Assembly: GCA_012513625.1 (NCBI GenBank)
Contig: JAAZBW010000350.1
Span: forward strand, 1-25,363
Source of the DNA: Actinomycetales bacterium
Lineage (GTDB): Bacteria > Actinomycetota > Actinomycetes > Actinomycetales > Actinomycetaceae
Direction: 5' to 3'
DNA length: 25,363 bases
Every line of letters starts with the position of its first letter. Within the stretch, counting starts at the first letter, position 1. The translations under genes were made by a program, and so were the position numbers. The notes under the pieces are model-generated. The model had not been told where the DNA came from and searched no databases. It saw only the letters and a list, made by a program, of their open reading frames with translations. Shown here one piece after another: positions 18,177-25,135 of the stretch.

Positions 18177-18253
18177 GACAACGAATGTTGCCACCGAGAA
18201 TGACGCTCTTCCGGCCGTTCTCAGCGTCACTCTCGGTGGCAAGGGTTGTTGTC
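18177..18253. repeat. Long imperfect inverted repeat (31-bp arms, 15-nt loop)
   Basis: Arms 18177-18207 and 18223-18253 match at 26 of 31 positions, including a perfect TTGCCACCGAGA core. Confidence 0.85.
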
Positions 18254-18259
18254 ATGGTG

Positions 18260-18372
18260 GCGGGCGTGGCGAGCCAGCGGGCGTGGCGAGCCAGCGGGCG
18301 TGGCGAGCCAGCGGGCGTGGCGAGCCAGCGGGCGTGGCGAGCCAGCGGGCGTGGCGAGCCAGCGGGCGTGGC
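18260..18372. repeat. Perfect tandem repeat, 6 x 17 nt plus 11 nt (GCGGGCGTGGCGAGCCA)
   Basis: Exact copies at 18260, 18277, 18294, 18311, 18328 and 18345; partial copy at 18362. Confidence 0.95.
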
Positions 18373-18438
18373 GGGCGAAGCGCGGCAGGCGCGGAACCCC
18401 ACCCCTCCACACACAGTGGACGCCCCGCCCACCGGTGG

Positions 18439-18457
18439 TGTCGGATTCCTGCTAGCC
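18439..18457 (+). promoter_or_regulatory. Candidate Ada-binding site upstream of ada-alkA
   Basis: TGTCGGATTCCTGCTAGCC, 17/19 identical to 23675-23693; ends 32 nt before ATG 18489. Confidence 0.6.
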
Positions 18458-18488
18458 ACCCCCGCCCCCACAGGGGCACCATGGAGGC

Positions 18489-20198
18489 ATGCTCCCCAGC
18501 GTCGAAGCCTGCCGCGCCGCCGTCGCGGCCAAGGACGCACGCTTCGACGGCGTCTTCTTCTCCGCCGTCACCACCACCGGCATCTTCTGCCGCCCCTCCT
18601 GCCCCGCCATGCCGAAGCTGGACAACCTCCGCTTCTACCCCTCCGCCGCCGCCGCGATCGACGCCGGCTTCCGCGCCTGCCGCCGCTGCCGCCCCGACGC
18701 CACCCCCGGCTCCCCCGAGTGGGACCAGCGCGCCGATATCGCCGCCCGCACGCTCAAACTCCTCACCGACGGCGCCGTCGACCGCGAGGGCGTCCCCGGC
18801 CTCGCCGCCCGCGTCGGCTACTCCGAGCGCCAGCTCGAACGCATCATCCGCGCGGAGTTCGGCGCCGGCCCGCTCGCCCTCGCACGCGCCCAGCGCGCCA
18901 CCACCGCGCGCACCCTGATCGAAACCACCGACCTCCCCTTCGCCGACATCGCCTTCGCCGCCGGCTTCGGCTCCATCCGCGCCTTCAACGACGCAGTCCG
19001 CGCCACCTTCGCCGCCACCCCCACCGAGCTGCGCGCGCGTCGTCGCCCCCTCCGGCCCGACGACCAAACTCGCCTCTCGTCTCTTCCCTCGCCGCGCGGC
19101 GGGACTCGCCCTCCGTCAACACCCCCACCCGACGACGGAACTCACCTCCCGTCTCTTCCCTCGCCGCACGGCGGAACCCACCTTCCGTCGGAAGCCGGGG
19201 CCGGCGAACTGGCTGCTCCGGGCGGGTGGCGGCCGCCCGCCGTCGTGACGGTGCGGCTCGCGGTGCGGCAGCCGTACGCACCGGAGCAATCGTTCGCACA
19301 CTTGGCGGTGACGGCTGTGCCGGGCGTCGAGGAGTGGACTGGCACGCACTACCGGCGGACGCTCCGGCTGCCGCACGGGCCCGGGATTGTGGCGGCGCGG
19401 CCGCACGCGGACCACGTGGAGGCCACGTTCACGCTCACGGATTTGCGGGATTTGCAGGCGGCGGTGGCGCGCACGCGGCGGATGTTGGACCTGGATGCGG
19501 ACCCGGTGGCGGTCGCGGAGCACCTGCGGCGCAATCCGCTTCTGGCTGCGGCGGTGGACGCGGTGCCGGGTCGGCGGGTGCCGCGCTCCGCCGACGGCGA
19601 GGAGATGGCCCTGCGGGCGGTGCTCGGCCAGCAGGTCTCGACGGCGGCGGCCCGGACTTTTGCGGCGCGGCTCGTGGCGCGGTTCGGGCAGCCGCTGCCG
19701 GGAAATGTGGGTCACGTTGGCGGGCACGGCCATGGCGGGCACACGCACGGCACCCTCACGCACCTGTTCCCCCGCGCGTCGGACCTCGCGGAGGCCGAGA
19801 TCCGCGTCATGCCGGCCGGACGGGCGGCGACCTTCCGGCGCCTCGCGGCCGAACTGGCAGATGGTCTCGACCTCGGACCCGGCGCCGACCGCGCGGAGGT
19901 CCGAGAACGACTCGTGGCGCTGCCGGGGATCGGGCCGTGGACCGTCGAGCTGGTGGCAATGCGGGCGCTCGGAGATCCGGACGCGTTCCCCGCCACCGAC
20001 CTCGGGGTGATCCGCGGCGCACAGGCGCTCGGCGTGGTCGGCGGCGGCGCCAGTGCCGGTGCCAGCGCCCGGACCAGCAGGAACGCCCGCCTTCTCGAGG
20101 CCGCCGAGGCGTGGCGACCCTGGCGCGCCTACGCCGTCCAGTACCTGTGGGCCGCCCACGAGCACCCCACCAACGCCCTGCCGGCACCATACAATTGA
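18489..20198 (+). CDS. alkA: Ada-AlkA fusion: Ada Zn/methyl-phosphotriester domain, AraC HTH and DNA-3-methyladenine glycosylase
   Basis: TTGIFCRPSCP and GFRACRRCRP (four Zn cysteines); AraC region; RAVLGQQVS; HhH-GPD motif LPGIGPWT...GDPDAFPATD; WRPWRAYA. Confidence 0.95.
   Translation: MLPSVEACRAAVAAKDARFDGVFFSAVTTTGIFCRPSCPAMPKLDNLRFYPSAAAAIDAGFRACRRCRPDATPGSPEWDQRADIAARTLKLLTDGAVDREGVPGLAARVGYSERQLERIIRAEFGAGPLALARAQRATTARTLIETTDLPFADIAFAAGFGSIRAFNDAVRATFAATPTELRARRRPLRPDDQTRLSSLPSPRGGTRPPSTPPPDDGTHLPSLPSPHGGTHLPSEAGAGELAAPGGWRPPAVVTVRLAVRQPYAPEQSFAHLAVTAVPGVEEWTGTHYRRTLRLPHGPGIVAARPHADHVEATFTLTDLRDLQAAVARTRRMLDLDADPVAVAEHLRRNPLLAAAVDAVPGRRVPRSADGEEMALRAVLGQQVSTAAARTFAARLVARFGQPLPGNVGHVGGHGHGGHTHGTLTHLFPRASDLAEAEIRVMPAGRAATFRRLAAELADGLDLGPGADRAEVRERLVALPGIGPWTVELVAMRALGDPDAFPATDLGVIRGAQALGVVGGGASAGASARTSRNARLLEAAEAWRPWRAYAVQYLWAAHEHPTNALPAPYN
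19056..19190 (+). repeat. In-frame 36-nt-period repeat (4 degenerate units) in the Ada-AlkA linker
   Basis: AC[T/C]C[G/A]CC cores at 19068, 19104, 19140 and 19176; encodes a Pro/Ser-rich 12-aa repeat. Confidence 0.8.
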
Positions 20199-20224
20199 CG
20201 CCGGTCTCAGCCACTCCATTACGT

Positions 20225-21334
20225 CTACGGCACCTCGGACTCTCCAATCAAACTGGCAGAAGCCAAGGCGGAGAACTGAACCACTGCTGGAGCCTTGAGT
20301 CCCTCATGCGGCTTGGCCACGGTGACAACGAGTTCGCTGCCCAGGAACCTTCCAGCTTCTGGGTCCGCGTAGAGCACCGTCACATACTCCCGGCCAGGTC
20401 CGGGTATCTGGATTGCGGCTGCCTCTCTACCTAGGCGATCCACAGTCTCGCCAAGATAAGTGATCCCATCCGTCCTCGCCAGTGCCTCCCAGAGAGTACT
20501 GACGAGGACGGGATCTAGAACATACTTGGCATTCATGTCTACTATCGATTCACCGATACAGCTGGGATTGAGCGGGCAATCTGCAGCGACCTGTTCCGCA
20601 AGCAGCACTGGATCAGTGGAGAGGCTCGCGATATACTCGGACGTCTCGGCGCTCGTCCAGAAGACTTCGTCCCTCGTCACGGATCCGGTTCTTGAACCAT
20701 CCTCATCCGACATTTGGCCCTTCGCATCAATCAGCTGGCCACTCCAGACAATTTCTCGCACCGAACCGTCCGGAAAGATGTAACGCTCCTGGCGGGTCGC
20801 CATTTTCGGATCGAAGTCTTCACTATTGGACACTTGCAGGCCTTGGAGCGTCCAACCGACTGTCACAATCCGCTGAATGGAATCTCCGCTGGCGGCCATC
20901 GCCTGTTGGGAAGCGGCCTCGGCAAGCCCCTCCAATATCGAGGACGCGGACTTTCCTTCCTTGTTATGAAATTCTCGCATTAGCGGCGTCCATGCGGGTG
21001 CGACATTGTCACCCTCACCGCCAGTGTCGTGCAACACAAGCCCAACTGCTGCGGCGACCACGACCGCTGCGGCTCCAAGCGCCATAGCAAATTTCCGATA
21101 TCCCCGCCCAGGCGTACGCATCAGCGATCGTTGTTGCGCCCTACTCTCACGAAGGATCTGCTCGAGGCCACGTTGCGCCGCCGCGTCAGTACGAATTCGC
21201 TCCTCAGAACTCAATTCATGAATGCTGGAAGATATTCCCGCAGACCTTAACAATTCACGTGTTTCAGTCTCGAGGCGATCAATATTCATAGGCTGTTTGC
21301 GCCTATTTCCGCTTGAGTGCTGGATGGGACACAT
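20225..21334 (-). CDS. CU044_5270-like single-pass membrane protein (probable anti-sigma/sensor partner of the upstream ECF)
   Basis: Short cytoplasmic N-terminus, basic stretch, one TM helix (FAMALGAAAVVVAAAVGLVL), LSTDPVLL, LWEALA..DGI..LGETVDRLGR. Alternative start at 21289. Confidence 0.7.
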   Translation of the reverse strand: MCPIQHSSGNRRKQPMNIDRLETETRELLRSAGISSSIHELSSEERIRTDAAAQRGLEQILRESRAQQRSLMRTPGRGYRKFAMALGAAAVVVAAAVGLVLHDTGGEGDNVAPAWTPLMREFHNKEGKSASSILEGLAEAASQQAMAASGDSIQRIVTVGWTLQGLQVSNSEDFDPKMATRQERYIFPDGSVREIVWSGQLIDAKGQMSDEDGSRTGSVTRDEVFWTSAETSEYIASLSTDPVLLAEQVAADCPLNPSCIGESIVDMNAKYVLDPVLVSTLWEALARTDGITYLGETVDRLGREAAAIQIPGPGREYVTVLYADPEAGRFLGSELVVTVAKPHEGLKAPAVVQFSALASASLIGESEVP

Positions 21335-21839
21335 CGCCCCTCCTCTCCAGATTATATCTCAGACGGTCCCTTGCCCGGGAGAGACGCATGCTTGCCGCCT
21401 TGGGCGTACAGTTGAGAATAGTCGCGATCTCCTGAACTTGGTAGCCGTCGGCCAGGAGCGTCAAGATCTCTCGATCCGATTTGTTCAGACAGGACAGGAG
21501 AGACCTACCTCCACTTGCATTTTCATAAATGTCCGCAGTGTCAGGCTCGAACGATTTTCGCGTCCTCAATTCTGAGCCGACCGCATCTACGAGATCCCTC
21601 CTTCGAGCTTCACTTCTCCTTTGGTTCCTTATGAGTCCATCGAGGATCTTATAAGCGAACCCCTGCAGTCGAGCCTCTTCGGCCGTATTGCGTGGATAGG
21701 AAAGCTTCTTCATCCAAATCGTTCGCAGGGCCTCTATGGCCACATCATTCGCAGTATCGACATCGAGGCGTCGACGCCCGTAACGCAAGAGCGCAGGATG
21801 CATCTCTCGGAAGAAGACCTCGAACTCACGCTCATCCAC
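21303..21839 (-). CDS. ECF-type RNA polymerase sigma-70 factor
   Basis: Region 2 (FEVFFREMHPALLRYG...ANDVAIEALRTIW) and region 4 (LNKSDREILTL...YQVQEIATILNC...ASMRLSRARDRL). Start codon uncertain. Confidence 0.85.
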   Translation of the reverse strand: MDEREFEVFFREMHPALLRYGRRRLDVDTANDVAIEALRTIWMKKLSYPRNTAEEARLQGFAYKILDGLIRNQRRSEARRRDLVDAVGSELRTRKSFEPDTADIYENASGGRSLLSCLNKSDREILTLLADGYQVQEIATILNCTPKAASMRLSRARDRLRYNLERRGDVSHPALKRK

Positions 21840-21984
21840 AGAAGCACCAATTGCTCGAATCTCGATCAGGGAAGCTGGTACAGGATGCAAGCATACCGTT
21901 CGCGCCCACCTTGTGACCTCGATTTCAAATTCAGAGTGTGGAGGACAATACGCTTGCCCACCTGCACCGGGCCGGCACGCGAAC

Positions 21985-22389
21985 TCACTTCGCCGCCCTT
22001 GGCGGATCCTCTGATGAGATCTCAATTGTCACTGGCACGCCATCCGCAAGCTCCTCCGCCATAGCCCGAATAGATTCGAGCTCTGGTGCCGGAATATCCG
22101 CCCCGTCAGAGTATATTGTAACGATCAGTCGGTTCGAAACGCTGTCGAACCGAGCAGCCTTTCCATATGGGAACTCTTTCAGGCCCTCAAGGACTCGAAA
22201 TTCGAGCACATTCGACGTTCCCTCCTGCGTCGGTTCCCCCGACGGCAGCCAGGTTTGAGACTCCTGAGTAGCCGACGAAGGCACTCCCTCTCCACTGCAC
22301 CCCAGGACCAGAAACAGAGGAGTCGCAATGACAACCCCGAGCCCTTTCGGCACCGAAATTGATCTACTGTTCCGCATCGGTACTGTCAT
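21985..22389 (-). CDS. Putative lipoprotein consisting of a protease pro-domain-like region only
   Basis: Basic N-region, hydrophobic stretch and near-canonical lipobox (VLG-C). The C-terminal roughly 85 aa align by eye to the pro-region of the upstream protease. Start may be 22401, 22389 or 22377. Confidence 0.65.
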   Translation of the reverse strand: MTVPMRNSRSISVPKGLGVVIATPLFLVLGCSGEGVPSSATQESQTWLPSGEPTQEGTSNVLEFRVLEGLKEFPYGKAARFDSVSNRLIVTIYSDGADIPAPELESIRAMAEELADGVPVTIEISSEDPPRAAK

Positions 22390-22397
22390 CGCCAGAC

Positions 22398-23537
22398 TCA
22401 ACTCACTTTAACTGATACACCAGATATTGCACTTGCCCATGATATTGCTGAGATGTACGTGCCTCCTTGATTAAAGCCTGACGAGAAGGCGTACCCAGCA
22501 TTTGCCACGAACCATGGACCACCCGAATCTCCGTTGGTTATGATATTGCTGGTAGTATAATGCAGGCCACAATAGGTCTTGTTGACGTTCCCGTAGTATA
22601 CGCAGCCTGCATAGGATTCTACAGACGTCGATCCATAGCCTGTGTTCTTACCGTATTTGTATAGCAGAATCCCGGGAGTGACAATCCCAAGTGATGTTAT
22701 CGTGCGATAAGCGGAGCCCATATAGAACCTGTTAACAGGCGTGCCCCCCGTCAGGGTCGTGAAACGTACATCATATGAGTGCGAAGCGACGTAGGTGGCT
22801 CCCGTGGTGTCACCGTCATAAGTACTGGGTTTCGTGGTGCAGTGTGCAGCCGTGAGGATGCCGTAGGCCGTTCCCTTGGTCCCAATAAATCCACCCGTGC
22901 AACTTCCGTACGCCAATCCCCCTTCAGTATCGGACGCTGCTCGTGGCCCGTCTTGTGCCTCTTCATATTCCACCTCGATGGTCAACCCCATTTGACCGAT
23001 ACCGTGATCTCCAGCAAGTGCCGCATCTACGCGCTCAGCCGCGACCTCGTGTTCGACCGCCCAGACGGTGACAATTACGGAGTGCGTTGCGGGTTCATAC
23101 CGTGCAGCGAGAGATGTAGATGGCACATCCGAGAGGAGCGTGAGGACCGCACGCTCGACATCGGACCTTTGATCGAAGCGGAGCGCGTCGGGATGGGCGG
23201 TCTCCACAACTATCTTCACCTCGCGTGACTCAGCGAGCCCCTCCACTTCCTCCACAGCCTGGGCGCTGACGACAACGAAACCGTGGTCGTCGCGCCACGC
23301 GTGATCCACTACATGCGCCTGATGATGATCTAAGACTTCAGCCAGGAAGGAGGTGAACACCTCCTGCTTCTCTGTGGCTCTGATTTCGTCAAGCTCCAAC
23401 TGGGTGATGGCTGACGTCCCCGGCCCGATTGGCACTTCCGCCGAAATCGGGGTGAAGCCCCCCGCTACCAGTAGGGCTGCGGTGGCCAGCACGACGAGCG
23501 CTCGCCGGCGTTTGGCGTTCCAGTTTCCGTTCTTCAT
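22398..23537 (-). CDS. Secreted S1 (alpha-lytic protease/streptogrisin-like) serine endopeptidase, pre-pro form
   Basis: Signal peptide; pro-region; catalytic triad LTAAHC, YDVRF, GDSGGP; conserved CTGGF; GGAAGGGG RBS. Confidence 0.9.
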   Translation of the reverse strand: MKNGNWNAKRRRALVVLATAALLVAGGFTPISAEVPIGPGTSAITQLELDEIRATEKQEVFTSFLAEVLDHHQAHVVDHAWRDDHGFVVVSAQAVEEVEGLAESREVKIVVETAHPDALRFDQRSDVERAVLTLLSDVPSTSLAARYEPATHSVIVTVWAVEHEVAAERVDAALAGDHGIGQMGLTIEVEYEEAQDGPRAASDTEGGLAYGSCTGGFIGTKGTAYGILTAAHCTTKPSTYDGDTTGATYVASHSYDVRFTTLTGGTPVNRFYMGSAYRTITSLGIVTPGILLYKYGKNTGYGSTSVESYAGCVYYGNVNKTYCGLHYTTSNIITNGDSGGPWFVANAGYAFSSGFNQGGTYISAISWASAISGVSVKVS

Positions 23538-23674
23538 GTCAGATCCCCTTCCCGAACCTGTCGTCCCACTGCGGCAATGGCTGTGACGCGGCGAGCGGCG
23601 TGGTGACCGCGCGCGACCTCCTACTTGTTACATGTCCGGCAGCTATCTGAATCCCACAAACAACGCCACGTTGA

Positions 23675-23693
23675 TGTCGGATTTCAGCTAGCC
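23675..23693 (+). promoter_or_regulatory. Candidate Ada-binding site upstream of ogt
   Basis: TGTCGGATTTCAGCTAGCC, 17/19 identical to 18439-18457; ends 32 nt before an ATG at 23725. Confidence 0.55.
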
Positions 23694-23916
23694 GGGCGCT
23701 GTCTCATGGACCAGACTCGTTGTCATGCCTGTGAACCGAAGCTCAAAAACCGAGGTTGGTGCCGACGGGTGCTGGGTGTAGCCCCCCCACAGTCCAGAGT
23801 TGGGCCGCCCACGAACACCCCACGAACTCACTGCCACCTGCGGGCCGGGTGAGCAGTACGGAACCCCGTCGTCGTCCGGGCCCCACGAGGGCCCATCCCA
23901 CCGGAAAGGAACGCTC

Positions 23917-24477
23917 ATGAAGTACCGCGTCCACCCCACGCCACTCGGCGAATACCTCATCACCGTGGACGATTCCGGCGCCGTCACCGGCATCTACCCG
24001 GTCCGCGACCGCCACCTCCCGCCGCACCTCGGGATTCGCGACGACGACGTCGCCCCCGACGCAGCCCACCAGCTCGACGAGTACTTTGCCGGCGCCCGTC
24101 GGGAATTCGACTTCCCGATGAGCCCGTCTGGGAGCGAGTTCCAGAAGGCCGTGTGGGCGGCGATCGCTGCGATCCCGGCAGGTGGGCTGCGGACCTACGG
24201 GGATATCGCGGCGGAGCTCGGCTCGTCCCCGCGGGCCGTCGTCGGTGCAACAGGGCGGAATCCAATCTCGATCGTGGTCCCCTGCCACCGCGTGGTGGCA
24301 AGCACGGGGGCGATCACCGGCTACGCCGGCGGCCTCTCCACGAAGGAGTGGCTGCTCCGCCACGAGGGCTACACGATCACCCCGGCCTCGGGGCGGAACC
24401 CGAAGGAAACCGCGGCGCTCGTCACCCCGCCCACGAGCAATGGCGCCGCCCCTGCGGGCGACGGTGCTACCCCCTAG
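23917..24477 (+). CDS. ogt: Methylated-DNA--protein-cysteine S-methyltransferase
   Basis: TPLG, QLDEYFAG.RREF, FQKAVW, TYGDIA and active-site IVVPCHRVV; GAAAGGA RBS. Confidence 0.95.
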   Translation: MKYRVHPTPLGEYLITVDDSGAVTGIYPVRDRHLPPHLGIRDDDVAPDAAHQLDEYFAGARREFDFPMSPSGSEFQKAVWAAIAAIPAGGLRTYGDIAAELGSSPRAVVGATGRNPISIVVPCHRVVASTGAITGYAGGLSTKEWLLRHEGYTITPASGRNPKETAALVTPPTSNGAAPAGDGATP

Positions 24478-24524
24478 AACACGCCACCCCCGCCACCGAG
24501 AGAGGAAGGGCGCATCTCCGTTCG

Positions 24525-24606
24525 TCGAGTGAGTGTTGAACTCGGCGAGTGAGCTGTTCTTGAGCCGCCGAAACCCGCTCAGTCGGGGCATTCAACACTC
24601 ACTCGA
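24525..24606. repeat. Long hairpin / MITE- or REP-like element
   Basis: Perfect 16-bp arms TCGAGTGAGTGTTGAA (24525-24540) and TTCAACACTCACTCGA (24591-24606); inner 9-bp stem with one G-G mismatch. Confidence 0.85.
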
Positions 24607-24677
24607 GGTCCAGATGCCTGGCGGGAGCATGACCGGAGGGCGCGGCGAGGACCACAGGTGGGATGCACGCCCTCCCC

Positions 24678-24775
24678 CAGCAAGAACATGGCCCCTCCCC
24701 GACCAAAAACGAGCCCCATCCCCGGCCAAGTGCGAGCCCTCTCCCTGACCAAGATCGAGTCCCCTCTCCGGACAA
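24678..24775. repeat. Degenerate 23-nt-period tandem repeat (about 4.5 units)
   Basis: CAA cores at 24681, 24704, 24727, 24750 and 24773; consensus approximately GACCAAGAACGAGCCCCTCTCCC. Confidence 0.7.
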
Positions 24776-24915
24776 ACAGCGTCGCTATTCGTCCAGAGGC
24801 CCGTAGCTTCACTGCTTGTCCGCCCCACTGGCCACATGCGTTGACACGGGCATCATCTGCCCCAACAAACAGTGTCGCTGTTCGTCCAAACACCGTTAGC
24901 TTCACAACTTGTCCG
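24772..24915. repeat. Two 51-nt direct repeats, 93 nt apart
   Basis: 24772-24822 and 24865-24915 are 42/51 identical without gaps. Confidence 0.8.
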
Positions 24916-25050
24916 GCCCGCATGGCCGCACCCACGCTTCAGAAGCGAAATGACCGCCGCAACCGATGCGCCGGCGATCGAGAACAGGGCTGGGCGGGGG
25001 CAACCCGGGCGAACCGGGACGGTAACCGAGCGGAACCCCGCGTCCGAGTA

Positions 25051-25135
25051 CGGAAGGTGAGCGACGCCGTCGTCGAGGAACCGGAGTGCGCCACACACTC
25101 GGCGACGCTCGGGCGGAAGGTGAGCGACGCCGTCG
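25051..25135. repeat. 22-nt exact direct repeat CGGAAGGTGAGCGACGCCGTCG
   Basis: Copies at 25051-25072 and 25114-25135; a related copy lies at 14928-14954. Confidence 0.85.

Larger units (their letters stand above)
20225..23640 (-). other. Lower-GC four-gene cassette (genomic islet) between ada-alkA and ogt
   Basis: Spot counts of 60-nt lines give 45-65% GC against 75-83% in host-like lines. No integrase or clear att site; boundaries approximate. Confidence 0.75.

Noticed and set aside
18260-18372. CRISPR array
   Set aside because: Head-to-tail 17-mers with no spacers.
16714-20434. Long ORFs 16714-18918 (734 aa) and 18131-20434 (767 aa)
   Set aside because: Antisense or off-frame shadows of the PfkB kinase and ada-alkA; Arg/Pro/Ala-rich, motif-free, and run through tandem repeats. 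Typical of high-GC DNA.
21935-21955. GGQAYC after the lipoprotein stop as a remnant of a lost protease domain (compare GGLAYGSC)
   Set aside because: Only five residues, in a different frame, with no similarity beyond; chance cannot be excluded.
23500-23537. Tat signal in the protease (KRRRAL)
   Set aside because: Lacks the S/T-R-R-x-F-L consensus; a basic Sec N-region explains it equally well.
20199-23700. att sites or terminal repeats bounding the islet
   Set aside because: No convincing direct or inverted repeat pair found by eye; no tRNA, integrase or transposase.
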